Shown here in pieces: positions 53,728-63,840 of a stretch of 64,000 nt of DNA (positions are counted from its first letter, which is position 1; each line of letters opens with the position of its first letter). Below the pieces are notes generated by a model that was given only the letters and a program-made list of their open reading frames with translations, had not been told where the DNA came from and ran no database searches. Source of the stretch: Brachyspira murdochii (GTDB lineage Bacteria; Spirochaetota; JAAYUW01); the NCBI GenBank assembly GCA_020722965.1, contig DYJT01000010.1, positions 1,469 to 65,468 of the forward strand, written 5' to 3'. The translations under genes and the position numbers were made by a program.

Positions 53728-55071
53728 CTATGGGGTAATTCTATTTATATCTCGCGGGTACATAGATGCTTCTTTTATATTATCTATATTGCATAGTCTT
53801 GCGGTCAATCTTTCTAAACCAATTGCAAGACCTCCATGAGGTGGAACTCCATACTTATGAAGCTGTAAAAAAGATTCGAAATCTTCTGGATTAAGCCCAA
53901 AGGATTTTATTTTATTATATTGCATATCATAATCGTGAATTCTTTGCCCACCGGTCGTTATCTCTAAACCTCTGAAAAGAAGATCGAATGAAAGTGTCTC
54001 CCCTGGGTTATTTGGATCATCCATAGTATAAAAAGGTCTTTTGATAGTCGGAAAATGTGTAACAAATAAAAATTCTGTTCCAAACTCATTTTTTGACCAT
54101 TTAGTCAAATATTTTTCTTCATCAGGAGATAAATCTGGTTCATCTCTAAAATCTTTTTTGGTCTGCTGAAAAAATATTTCATGAGCATCTTTTAATTTAA
54201 TAGATGGTATACTATCCTTTATTTCTGGTAGATCAATTTCAAGTAATTCTATTTCAAATGAATTTTTTTCTTTTAATTTTTCTATTAAATACTTTAGGTA
54301 AGCTGTTTCAACTGCCATAATATCTTCAAAAGAACTGATATAACCCATCTCAAAATCCAGCGAAATATACTCGTTGACATGCCTTGTGGTATTATGCTTT
54401 TCGGCTCTAAAAACAGGGCCTATATCATATACTCTTCCAAATATGCCAACACCATATTGTTTATAAAATTGTGGAGATTGAGCGAGGTATGCTATTTTAT
54501 CAAAGTATTGAACCTTAAAAATATTTGCCCCCCCTTCTGCTCCGGCAAAAACTATTTTTGGTGAAAATATTCTTGTAAAACCATTTTCTGTAAGGAAATT
54601 GGCAAAACTATTTGCGATTGTTTCAGATATCTTAAAAATAGCTTTTTTTTTGGGATGACGAAGAGATATCGGTCTCATATCGAATTCTAAATCATTTTTA
54701 ATGTTTAGTTCTTTTTTGTTTATCTCAAAAGGTGGAATTTCTTTAGGTCTATGAATTAGATTCGCTTTTTTTATCAGGATTTCATGATTACGATTTAATA
54801 TTGCCTTGTCATTTAATTTTGAGGGTCTAACAATCCCTGATATCTCTACGAAATCTCCTTCTAAAAATGAGGATAAATCGACATCTTGCTCGGCTACAGC
54901 TTGAATTAAAGATCTTTCAAGCCGCAGAATCATAAAAGTTACATTGGGCAATATTCTTAATCTATGAATTACACCTTTAAACATAATTTCTTTATTCAAA
55001 TATTGATCTAGTTTCTCATCTATTAAAATTGGTAAAACATTTGGCTTAACGGTATTAATTTGCATATTCAA
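53728..55071 (-). CDS. aspS: aspartate-tRNA ligase, type 2 (archaeal-like; possibly non-discriminating) / AsnRS-family
   Basis: 447 aa; N-terminal OB fold; AYLAQSPQFYKQ, FRAEKHNTTRHVNEY (motif 2) and GGLAIGLERL (motif 3); C-terminal PRDINRITP. Confidence 0.75.
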   Translation of the reverse strand: MNMQINTVKPNVLPILIDEKLDQYLNKEIMFKGVIHRLRILPNVTFMILRLERSLIQAVAEQDVDLSSFLEGDFVEISGIVRPSKLNDKAILNRNHEILIKKANLIHRPKEIPPFEINKKELNIKNDLEFDMRPISLRHPKKKAIFKISETIANSFANFLTENGFTRIFSPKIVFAGAEGGANIFKVQYFDKIAYLAQSPQFYKQYGVGIFGRVYDIGPVFRAEKHNTTRHVNEYISLDFEMGYISSFEDIMAVETAYLKYLIEKLKEKNSFEIELLEIDLPEIKDSIPSIKLKDAHEIFFQQTKKDFRDEPDLSPDEEKYLTKWSKNEFGTEFLFVTHFPTIKRPFYTMDDPNNPGETLSFDLLFRGLEITTGGQRIHDYDMQYNKIKSFGLNPEDFESFLQLHKYGVPPHGGLAIGLERLTARLCNIDNIKEASMYPRDINRITP

Positions 55072-55102
55072 TCCTTAATATTAATTGTTTTATTTTTGAA
55101 GA

Positions 55103-56104
55103 TTAAAACTTAAAAAGTTCGTATATAAAATTTTTAGATTTGTTTAATCCTTTTTTTAAATAACCTGTGGTATCTTTGTAAAAGCCAATTCTTCTTAATT
55201 TTTGATATCTATGTTCGGCCAGTTCCTTTATATTTAAAGAAGAAAAATATGCCAGTGAAGTAGATATTTGTTCAGAAAGGTTTCTATAACCAATCTCGGC
55301 ATCGACATCTAGTCCAGGACCTTCATCAATTACCTTATCTACTATACCAAGAGAAAGTAAATCAAATGATGTCAATTTTAATGATACAGCTGCTTGTGCG
55401 GCTTTTGATGAATCTTTAAATATAATTGAAGCACAACCTTCTGGAGAAATAACGGAAAGAATCGCATTTTGCATCATAATCAAAATATCGGAAACGCCTA
55501 TTGCAAGTGCCCCACCAGAACCGCCTTCACCTGTAATTATCGATATTATTGGTGTTTTTAAGTCCGAAAGGTAATATAGATTTTCGGCTATAGCTTGAGC
55601 CATTCCTCTTTCCTCGGAATCTATCCCGGGATAGGCGCCTGGAGTATCTACAAAAAACAAGATCGGCCTATTAAACTTCTCAGCCTGAAAAGCCAATCTT
55701 AGAGCCTTTCTATAACCTTCAGGATGCGGAGAACCAAAATTAAATGTAATATTTTCATTTAATGTATGCCCTTTTTGTATTCCAATTGCTGTAATCGGAT
55801 ATTTTTCAAAATAACCTATCCCTCCTATTACCGCATCATCATTTGCAAATCTTCTATCACCCTTTAATTCTATAAAATCCTTAACTAAATATTTGATGAA
55901 GTCTTGAGGTTTGGGTCTTTCAATTTTTCTCGAGTTTTGAACAATTGAAAAGACTTCTTCAATCTGCTTTTCTTTTTTGTAATCATTAGATTCAAGTTCT
56001 AAAAGACCTCTAAGCCTATTTATTTCCGATGAAAGATCGAGGCCTTCAGCAATTGCAATAGATTTTAATTTATCGATCTGTTTTAAAATTTTCTCCTTTT
56101 TCAC
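55103..56104 (-). CDS. accA: acetyl-CoA carboxylase carboxyltransferase subunit alpha
   Basis: PGAYPGIDSEERGMAQAIA and ITGEGGSGGALAIG motifs. Confidence 0.9.
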   Translation of the reverse strand: MKKEKILKQIDKLKSIAIAEGLDLSSEINRLRGLLELESNDYKKEKQIEEVFSIVQNSRKIERPKPQDFIKYLVKDFIELKGDRRFANDDAVIGGIGYFEKYPITAIGIQKGHTLNENITFNFGSPHPEGYRKALRLAFQAEKFNRPILFFVDTPGAYPGIDSEERGMAQAIAENLYYLSDLKTPIISIITGEGGSGGALAIGVSDILIMMQNAILSVISPEGCASIIFKDSSKAAQAAVSLKLTSFDLLSLGIVDKVIDEGPGLDVDAEIGYRNLSEQISTSLAYFSSLNIKELAEHRYQKLRRIGFYKDTTGYLKKGLNKSKNFIYELFKF

Positions 56105-56133
56105 TTTAATCTCCAGATTATTTTTCTTCTATA

Positions 56134-56973
56134 TTATCTTCGATATTTATGTATCTCTAAAATTTTAATTAAAGTTTCCTTTAATTTTCTTCTATCACAG
56201 ACAATATCGACAAATCCTTTTTTCTCTAGAAATTCTGACCTCTGAAATCCTTCTGGAAGCTTCTGTTTAATGGTTTGTTCTATGACTCTTTGACCGGCAA
56301 ATCCGATTAATGCGCTCGTTTCAGCGATAATTATATCACCTAAAAAAGCGAATGAAGCAGAAACACCGCCAGTTGTAGGATCTGTCAAAACTGAAATAAA
56401 AAGATTACCGGAATCAGAAAATTTTTTAACAGCAGCAGATGTTTTCGCCATTTGAAATAGAGATATTACCCCTTCCTGCATTCTTGCTCCACCAGATCTA
56501 TTGATAATTATCACTGGAAGGTTTTCATTCATTCCCAATTCAAACAACCTGGTTACTCTTTCTCCAACAACAGAACCCATAGAGCCCATGATAAATTCCG
56601 CGTCCATTATACCGATTAGAACCTTTATACCATCCAATTTGATATAACCTGTTTTAATAGCCTCATTTATCCCTTTTTTATATAAATCCTCGAGTTTATC
56701 TTTATACCCTGGAAAATTTAATGGATCGACAGAAACTATTTCGTCGAATAATGGGGAAAATGAATCGGAATCACCTATAAATTTAATCCATTCATCAACA
56801 GATATCCTGAAATGGTATGAACATAACGGACATACCCCAAGACTTTGCTCTAGTTTAGGTCTATAGATGATCTCCTGACATCCTGGGCAAACTGCGAACA
56901 GGTTGTCTGGTAATGATTTATCCTGGTTTTTATCTACAAATATTTTCTTTATCGAATCAGGTAACTTATCCAT
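56134..56973 (-). CDS. accD: acetyl-CoA carboxylase carboxyltransferase subunit beta
   Basis: N-terminal Cys4 zinc finger CPGCQEI...CPLCSYH; SGGARMQEG motif. Confidence 0.9.
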   Translation of the reverse strand: MDKLPDSIKKIFVDKNQDKSLPDNLFAVCPGCQEIIYRPKLEQSLGVCPLCSYHFRISVDEWIKFIGDSDSFSPLFDEIVSVDPLNFPGYKDKLEDLYKKGINEAIKTGYIKLDGIKVLIGIMDAEFIMGSMGSVVGERVTRLFELGMNENLPVIIINRSGGARMQEGVISLFQMAKTSAAVKKFSDSGNLFISVLTDPTTGGVSASFAFLGDIIIAETSALIGFAGQRVIEQTIKQKLPEGFQRSEFLEKKGFVDIVCDRRKLKETLIKILEIHKYRR

Positions 56974-57016
56974 AACATCTCCCTAACTTAAAACAACGAT
57001 TAACATATCATCACAA

Positions 57017-57096
57017 ATAAGCAATAAATAGTTTGCTTATAAACAATAAGCAAATTCCTGAAAAACAACAAACAGATTGCTTATAAACAATAGACA
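57017..57096. promoter_or_regulatory. nested palindromes / operator-like repeats upstream of accD
   Basis: ATAAGCA-N10-TGCTTAT-N5-ATAAGCA at 57017-57052 and a second TGCTTATAAACAATAGACA half-degenerate copy at 57078-57096. Confidence 0.4.
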
Positions 57097-57213
57097 AATA
57101 CCTAAAAAAATAATTAAAAAAAATAAATAGATTTCTCACAATTATAAACATGATTGCAATTAAGCAATGCATATCATTTAAAATAGGTAATATTTATTTA
57201 TAATTATTTATAA

Positions 57214-57966
57214 CTATTTATTAAATAAAATTTTCCCGAACTGATCCCATCTTATCTTTTTAGAATCCGGATCCTTTGAGAATGTAACAATTAAAGGCAT
57301 CGCAAATACATTTTTTATAGGTAAAAATCCCCAGTATCTCGAATCTTCTGAATTATCTCTATTGTCACCCATCACAAATAAATTTCCTTCGGGAACCTTT
57401 ACAGGTCCATATGTTGTCCTTTTCACCTCTGGATGAGCCGCATATTGTGGATCTAAGATAAATTTAGTATAAGGCTCAAATATCTTCTGCCCATTGATAA
57501 AGACATTCTTCCCGTCGATATATATTGTGTCACCTGGTAGACCTATGACTCTCTTTACATAAGGTGTTCTGATTTTAATATCGGGATGCTTGAAAATAAC
57601 GATATCAAACCTATTAATCTTTTTTAATGAAGGTAATTTTATCCTGGTACCAATGATAAAGCCACCATATACTATCGGTAAACCTATCAACCTAGTACCC
57701 GGTGGAATAGTCGGATCCATTGAAGCTGTGGGGATTGTATAGCTAGATACAATAAGTGGTTGGATTATTAAAATAAATAATATCACTATAATTACAGCAT
57801 CTCTTAAAAAAAGAAGCAGACTATCTTTTTTATCTTCTTTCTTATTGTTTTCTTTCTTTATGTTTTCTTTCTTAATGTTTCCTTTTTTCATGTTTCCTTT
57901 CTTATTATCTTCCTTTTCTTTGAATTTTTGTTCTTTATTCTTTGTCAATTTCTTTTTTTTACCCAC
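57214..57966 (-). CDS. lepB: signal peptidase I with Lys-rich repetitive N-terminal extension
   Basis: S26 motifs IPTASMDPTI (Ser box) and GDNRDNSEDSRYWGF; N-terminal about 45 aa of KKENIKKENNKKEDKK low-complexity repeat. Confidence 0.85.
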   Translation of the reverse strand: MGKKKKLTKNKEQKFKEKEDNKKGNMKKGNIKKENIKKENNKKEDKKDSLLLFLRDAVIIVILFILIIQPLIVSSYTIPTASMDPTIPPGTRLIGLPIVYGGFIIGTRIKLPSLKKINRFDIVIFKHPDIKIRTPYVKRVIGLPGDTIYIDGKNVFINGQKIFEPYTKFILDPQYAAHPEVKRTTYGPVKVPEGNLFVMGDNRDNSEDSRYWGFLPIKNVFAMPLIVTFSKDPDSKKIRWDQFGKILFNK

Positions 57967-58088
57967 ATAATCCTCCTTTGATAAAAATCATGTTTTCTGA
58001 TAAAATTCATGTTTTAAGTAGAAACTTCTGCTAATCTTTTTTATATAATCTTGTTTTTTTATATTATCAGCCTTCTAATTTTTATAAA

Positions 58089-59546
58089 TTAAAGATTTGA
58101 AATGAAATTCAAAAAATTTTGTGGAAAATAAATTCCTAAAGCCAAAGATAATAAAATCATAAATAATGCACTGATTATCTGAAATGAATTGATTAATCTT
58201 AATTTCTTTGCCTTTTCTTTAAGCAATTCAGAAGATACTAAATCGCCTTCCCCACCAAATACAATATTCATAAAAACCTTAGACAAAGCATAAAGGATAA
58301 CTAAAAGCAAAAAAAAGACCAAAGAAAAAATTAGCCAATTTTTGCTTTCAACTAAAAAGTAGATTAATTTTAGCTCTGCAAAAAATGATAAAAACAATGG
58401 GAAGCTAGCTATACTTAGAAAACCCAATACAAATGTGATAGCAGTCATTGGCTCTAATTTTAGCAATTTGTTTACCTTTTTAATTTCAGTTGTATGGTAT
58501 AAATCCTTTATAACACCCGAAGTTAAAAATAATGATGCTTTAGTAAGACTATGTGATATTATCAATAGATATGCGATACTGGCTGCTGATTTACCAAATG
58601 AAAGAGCTAAAGAAATGAGACCAATATTTTCAATTGATGAGTAAGCTAATAATCTTTTATAATTTTTAGCTCGATTCATAAATACAGCCGAAATAAATAA
58701 TGAAAGCAAACCGGTTATCAATAGATAATCGCTGCAGACTTTTTTTATTTCTTCTGGTAAAATATTTAATACCCGTAATATTCCGAGTAAAGCAGTGTTC
58801 AACAATGCACCAGATAAAAGTGCGGAAACTTGTGATGGCGCTTCGGAATGTGCGTCTGGTAGCCAGCTATGAGTAGGTGCCAGACCAGCTTTAGTCCCAA
58901 AACCGATCAAGATAAAACCAAAGCCAAGTTCTAACCAAAAATGATTGGCACTATTTCTTAATAAATAGAGATTGTAAAAAGATAAACTTTTTGTACTGTA
59001 TGCTAAAGACAAGAATATTATCCCGACAAAAGATATAGCAATACCTATTGAACATATAAAAAGATATTTCCAAGCTGCTTCAAGAGATTTTTTTGTCTTA
59101 TCTTGATAGATTAGAACGCCCCCTGTAATTGTTGTTGCCTCTATAAAAACCCATAGAACTATAATATTTTGGGACGATATTACTCCGAACAATGAAATAT
59201 AAAAAAGTATCATAAAACTGCTATATAATGAAAAAGTACTACTTTTCATAAATATAATTTTGCTGATTGATGATATACTACTGAAGAAAAATAAGATTGA
59301 AGTTATAATCATAAAAAATACGGTATATTTATCTATAAAGATATATTTAGCTATTTCTGATGAATTAATAAACCAGAATATATTTAATAGGTTTTTATTT
59401 TCAAAAAAGGATTTTGAGATAAAAATTGTAAAAATTAATTGAATAGATGCAAATAAAATTAGCAACAGATAATTTATCCTATTATTTTTAAAAATTAAAA
59501 TAAGAAAGGAAAGGGAAATTCCTAAAATTATAAAATATTCAAACAC
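58089..59546 (-). CDS. NuoM/NuoN-family proton-pumping membrane subunit (HyfD/HyfF-like)
   Basis: 485 aa; GLAPTHSWLPDAHSEAPSQVSALLSGALLNTALLG antiporter-subunit signature. Confidence 0.75.
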   Translation of the reverse strand: MFEYFIILGISLSFLILIFKNNRINYLLLILFASIQLIFTIFISKSFFENKNLLNIFWFINSSEIAKYIFIDKYTVFFMIITSILFFFSSISSISKIIFMKSSTFSLYSSFMILFYISLFGVISSQNIIVLWVFIEATTITGGVLIYQDKTKKSLEAAWKYLFICSIGIAISFVGIIFLSLAYSTKSLSFYNLYLLRNSANHFWLELGFGFILIGFGTKAGLAPTHSWLPDAHSEAPSQVSALLSGALLNTALLGILRVLNILPEEIKKVCSDYLLITGLLSLFISAVFMNRAKNYKRLLAYSSIENIGLISLALSFGKSAASIAYLLIISHSLTKASLFLTSGVIKDLYHTTEIKKVNKLLKLEPMTAITFVLGFLSIASFPLFLSFFAELKLIYFLVESKNWLIFSLVFFLLLVILYALSKVFMNIVFGGEGDLVSSELLKEKAKKLRLINSFQIISALFMILLSLALGIYFPQNFLNFISNL

Positions 59547-59566
59547 GTTTATAACCCCTTATATTT

Positions 59567-60205
59567 TTAATCTTTTAACGAACTAAGATTATCTATCCCC
59601 GCTTCTTCGCTAAACTCTGTTTTTATATGATTGATAAGTATTCCTGCAAGCATAATACCCATAAGTATATCGAGTGTAATACCAGCTGTTACCAATATTG
59701 GTAGCTCTTTTATTACCGTTAATGAAAGTAAAAATGTCCCATTTTCTAATACCATATAACCAACAACATGTGTAATCAGTTGTTTTCTAACTATAACTAA
59801 AAACAGACCTGCAAGCATAGTCGAGATAGATATACCAAACTGTAGAGAATTAATTTCCCTGATATGTTTATTTGACCAAAATGCTATAACAAAACCGAAT
59901 ATCAAAATAACTGACATCAATAAAATTGAAAGATATTGGGGGGTATTTGCTTGAACTTCTCGAACTATTTCATTCTCCTTAATGTTTTTAAAAAGTATGT
60001 ATGGAACTACAATCCCTTTTACTATTAATGTTTCAGCTACAATTACTAAAACAGTGACTAAATCTTTTCTTTCAGAAGTAAAAATTGTAATAAAAAAAAG
60101 AATAATTGCTTGATATATTAAATTTCTTACATAGGAATCCATCATTGTTGTCAGCGAAAGGGCTAAAAGTGCAACGCTAAATAAAATTAATAATATTTCT
60201 ATCAT
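59567..60205 (-). CDS. hyfE: hydrogenase-4 membrane component E-like
   Basis: 212 aa; C-terminal ITHVVGYMVLENGTFLL...ITLDILMGIMLAGIL...GIDNLSSLKD aligns closely with E. coli HyfE ...IFGYCLMENGSHL...TLDVNNLTALKG (recalled from memory). Confidence 0.7.
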   Translation of the reverse strand: MIEILLILFSVALLALSLTTMMDSYVRNLIYQAIILFFITIFTSERKDLVTVLVIVAETLIVKGIVVPYILFKNIKENEIVREVQANTPQYLSILLMSVILIFGFVIAFWSNKHIREINSLQFGISISTMLAGLFLVIVRKQLITHVVGYMVLENGTFLLSLTVIKELPILVTAGITLDILMGIMLAGILINHIKTEFSEEAGIDNLSSLKD

Positions 60206-60215
60206 GTTTTTTCCT

Positions 60216-61136
60216 TTAAATATTCATCGTAAAGATAATCGCGATTATCATTACACTTACAGAAAGGACAAGCAACATGAAATCAGGAACATGACTCATC
60301 CTGACTCTGGGAAATAGCGATTCAATAAGTCCTATCAAAACTGAAATAATAAATATTATAAGAATGAAAAGAATAATGCTAATCATCGGTGATAAATAGG
60401 AAGGGATAAAAATATTAGCTGTGATTGTCGAGAATGCGAAAATTTTTAAGTAAGAAAAATAAATTGAAAATGCGAGATCCTTGCTGCTTAAATCAAGTAT
60501 CATAGCCTCATGGATCATCGTAAGCTCAAGGTGAGTGGTTGGATCATCAATAGGGATTCTTTTCCCCTCTATTAATATTATTATAAAAAATGATGCACCT
60601 ATTAAAATTCCAACCATCGATTTTTCTATACTTGAAAAAGAAAATTCAAATAAAATATTATTTAAAGAGAATTGCTTTGTATAAAAAACCAAAGATACAA
60701 AGAGCAACATCAAGGCTGGTTCTACAAAGATTGAGAAATTTATCTCCCTACTAGCACCCATTCCTTCGAATGACCCCGCTGATTCCATGGCGATTAAAAC
60801 CTGACATATTGTCGAGAGCCCTAACAAGGCTAAAAATAAAAAGAAATCACCCTTAAAAGAGACAAATGCCGGTATCTTCCCAAAAGGAAGCATGAAAAGA
60901 ACAAATAAAATTGAGATAACCTGCATTGGGATAACTATTGTAGAAATAAAACTGGATGAATTTGATCTTACAACCTCTTTTTTTAATAATTTTAAAATAT
61001 CATAAAAAGGTTGAAAGATGCTTTGTCCAAATTTACCTGCCCAGCTTGTTTTAACCCTATTTATAATTCCAATCATTAATGGTGGAAAAAATATTATAAA
61101 AATCAATTTTAAGATTATATAAAATATATTTTCCAA
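60216..61136 (-). CDS. NuoH-like membrane subunit (HycD/HyfC-like, formate hydrogenlyase subunit 4 family)
   Basis: 306 aa; GIINRVKTSWAGKFGQSIFQPFYDILKLLKKE matches HycD/NuoH N-terminal motif. Confidence 0.7.
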   Translation of the reverse strand: MENIFYIILKLIFIIFFPPLMIGIINRVKTSWAGKFGQSIFQPFYDILKLLKKEVVRSNSSSFISTIVIPMQVISILFVLFMLPFGKIPAFVSFKGDFFLFLALLGLSTICQVLIAMESAGSFEGMGASREINFSIFVEPALMLLFVSLVFYTKQFSLNNILFEFSFSSIEKSMVGILIGASFFIIILIEGKRIPIDDPTTHLELTMIHEAMILDLSSKDLAFSIYFSYLKIFAFSTITANIFIPSYLSPMISIILFILIIFIISVLIGLIESLFPRVRMSHVPDFMLLVLSVSVMIIAIIFTMNI

Positions 61137-61151
61137 ATATAGCCTCCGAAG

Positions 61152-63143
61152 TTAAAGATGTCTTAAAAGAGTTACAATTATTATAAGTACAAGGAATAAC
61201 AATCCATAGATAATATAATCTTGTGTTCGCCCGCTTTGAATAAATGTAAATCTTTCGAAAAATTTATCTATTTTTTCAATTATTGGAGTTAAAAAGTTTT
61301 TGTGTATTATGTCGTAATGTTCTGTTTCAAAGTATTTTGTCTTTGCAAACAATTCTTCTTTTTTCTTCTCTTTCTTCTTTATTCCTGTCAATGGCTTAAA
61401 AATGTTTATAAATGATTGAACAAAAGAGGTTGAACTATATTGAAAATTATCTTGTTGCTTTTCGATGAAACCGCAAGCCCAGGTTTTACTCTTTTTGATT
61501 TTTAATCTATTATAAATAAACGAAAAAACCGCTATAGACAATAAAAACAATATTACTAAACTATAAAAATTGAAAGAGTTGCTTACAATTTTTTCCATGC
61601 TTTCATTCATAAAATCTTGTATTTCAATGCTTATTAAAAAAGGGCTATAATCTTTAAATAAGTTAAAATAAATTTTGTAAAAATATGGCGAAGAAAGAAT
61701 AACAGCAAGAATTAATGTTATGTAAATTGAAATAGAAGTTAAAATACCAATATCCCACTTTTTATTTGTAGCTTCTGCTCGGAAATTGCCTAAAAAACCA
61801 ATAGAAAAATACTTCACAAAGGATAGTATCGTTATCGCACCTATTAGACCGATTAAAAGGAATACAGCAAAAGGAACCAATGAAAAACTGACATTAATTA
61901 TATAATTTGAATATGCTATTATAATAAGTAATTCTCCTATAAAATTCCCAAATGGAGGTAAAGCGGAAAGTGAAATACTGGAAAGAAAATTTGCACTACT
62001 TACGCTTTTACTGAAATGTACCAAACCTCCAAGAGAATCAAGGCTGCTGATCTCTGTTTCATTTATTATAATGCCAGCACTTAAAAATGCGGATGATTTT
62101 GATAGGGCGTGATTTAAAAGATATACAAAAATTGCGAGGAAAGCTGAAGTAACTAAAAAATAATCCTTATTGACATAGGCGAATAGAATCGAGCCATAAA
62201 AAAATAGTAATAAACCTGCATTTTCTATACTCGAATATGCTAAGAATTTTTTGATCTCCTTTTGTGAGGCAGCATTAATTATGCCAATGCTGGCAGAAAG
62301 TAAGCCAATAAAGATAATGAAAATTGATAAATTTAAATTTTGCACACCAAAAATTCCTAAGATTAAAATCAAGCCATATAAACCTGTTTTTATTACTATT
62401 GAAGACATAAATGAAGAGACATGAGATGGGGATGCTGGATGAGCTTCGGGAAGCCAGAAATGGAAAGGGAATATTCCTAATTTAATAAAAAAACCGATAG
62501 CAAATAGTGAAAAGATAATTATTTTTAATCTTGAATCTATTATATTACCATTATTATTGAAATAATCTCTAACAATTTCATATGAAAATGAACCGGTAAT
62601 CTTATAACTCATCATTGTAGCTATAGCAATAAATATAAAGCTTATATGCATCATTATATTATACTGAATCGCAGCATTTATTGTTTTCCCCTTTTTACCA
62701 TCGAAGAATATACAAAAAAAAGAAGAAATACCCATCAATTCCCAGAGAATTAAAAAAATAAGTAGATTTTTAGCTAAAAATAGCAGGATAATAGATATTA
62801 TCAAAATAGTAAAACTGAATAAATGGAAATTTAAATTCGATTCTGCAATATCATGTGTTTTAACATAATAAGGAATATATAAGGAGATACTAAAAATAAC
62901 TATTGATAGAACAAATATAAAAAATAAACCGACCTTATTTATTTCAAAATTTTTTAATATAAAATCATTTTGTAATATCAATTGATCTTTTATGAAAAGT
63001 GGATTAACAGTAAAGATAATAAATATTATAGAACAAATAAATAGAACAAAACTATATATCTTTATTTTTAAATTTTTATTAAATACAAATGCAAATATCG
63101 TTGCGAATAACATCAACAATATCCCAAAAAATAAAAAAGTCAT
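61152..63143 (-). CDS. NuoL-like long antiporter-type membrane subunit (HyfB-like)
   Basis: 663 aa; FPFHFWLPEAHPASPSHVSSFMSSIVIKTGLYG signature; length matches HyfB rather than HycC. Confidence 0.7.
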   Translation of the reverse strand: MTFLFFGILLMLFATIFAFVFNKNLKIKIYSFVLFICSIIFIIFTVNPLFIKDQLILQNDFILKNFEINKVGLFFIFVLSIVIFSISLYIPYYVKTHDIAESNLNFHLFSFTILIISIILLFLAKNLLIFLILWELMGISSFFCIFFDGKKGKTINAAIQYNIMMHISFIFIAIATMMSYKITGSFSYEIVRDYFNNNGNIIDSRLKIIIFSLFAIGFFIKLGIFPFHFWLPEAHPASPSHVSSFMSSIVIKTGLYGLILILGIFGVQNLNLSIFIIFIGLLSASIGIINAASQKEIKKFLAYSSIENAGLLLFFYGSILFAYVNKDYFLVTSAFLAIFVYLLNHALSKSSAFLSAGIIINETEISSLDSLGGLVHFSKSVSSANFLSSISLSALPPFGNFIGELLIIIAYSNYIINVSFSLVPFAVFLLIGLIGAITILSFVKYFSIGFLGNFRAEATNKKWDIGILTSISIYITLILAVILSSPYFYKIYFNLFKDYSPFLISIEIQDFMNESMEKIVSNSFNFYSLVILFLLSIAVFSFIYNRLKIKKSKTWACGFIEKQQDNFQYSSTSFVQSFINIFKPLTGIKKKEKKKEELFAKTKYFETEHYDIIHKNFLTPIIEKIDKFFERFTFIQSGRTQDYIIYGLLFLVLIIIVTLLRHL

Positions 63144-63177
63144 ATATTTACCTTTAATTTGTTTTTTTCAAAAAAAA

Positions 63178-63840
63178 TTATTTCTTTATTATCTGTGTTA
63201 TTAAAGTTATAAGATCTTCTTTCCCCTTTTTTTGCTCTAAGAACAAAGCCATATCGATACTCTGGCATAGATATGAAATTATCAGACGACACAGAAGATG
63301 CCTTGCGGCATTGGCGTTGAAATTAATAAAAATTGTATTTATAGAAGACTTTCTTGTGTCATCGATTGTAAAATTATTTTTAAAATTCAAAATAGATATC
63401 GATTCTTCTTTATGAAAACAAAACAATGGATTTCTGGGATGTAAAGCTCCATAATTAGTTTTTAAACTGGCAATTGTTAAGCTATTTTTTACCTTTAACG
63501 ATTTTTCAATATCTGGAATTCTAGCACTACCAGGTATTGATGCAAATTTTAATATATTATCATATTCTTTTAAGTTACCCGAGTTTTGAATATCATAATG
63601 AATAGTACCCCTTTCAAATAAAGAGACAATATTCATGTTAAATTCTTTTAGAGCATAGTGAATAAGATTAGAATAAATGTAATTATGATTAATTAGAGTC
63701 CATTCTATCAACTCTGAAAGTGAAAACGAATATTGCCCATTTATCTTATAATTCGGGATCTGGTAACCATCTGCAAGTTTTACAACCTTATTCTTAGGTA
63801 TTTGAAGTAATTCAGAAACTTCGACAACATTAAGGTTCAT
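63178..63840 (-). CDS. HTH (excisionase/MerR-like HTH_17) + PTS EIIA type-2 (PtsN-like) domain protein, putative regulator
   Basis: ATG at 63840 preceded by GGGGGG; N-terminal LNVVEVSELLQIPKNKVVKLADGYQIPNYKINGQYSFSLSELIEW fits HTH_17; C-terminal region aligns with EIIA(Ntr) incl. GALHPR (GIAIPHG-like His site) and NANAARHLLCRLIISYL helix; the track ORF start 63855 is a TTG. Confidence 0.55.
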   Translation of the reverse strand: MNLNVVEVSELLQIPKNKVVKLADGYQIPNYKINGQYSFSLSELIEWTLINHNYIYSNLIHYALKEFNMNIVSLFERGTIHYDIQNSGNLKEYDNILKFASIPGSARIPDIEKSLKVKNSLTIASLKTNYGALHPRNPLFCFHKEESISILNFKNNFTIDDTRKSSINTIFINFNANAARHLLCRLIISYLCQSIDMALFLEQKKGKEDLITLITQIIKK

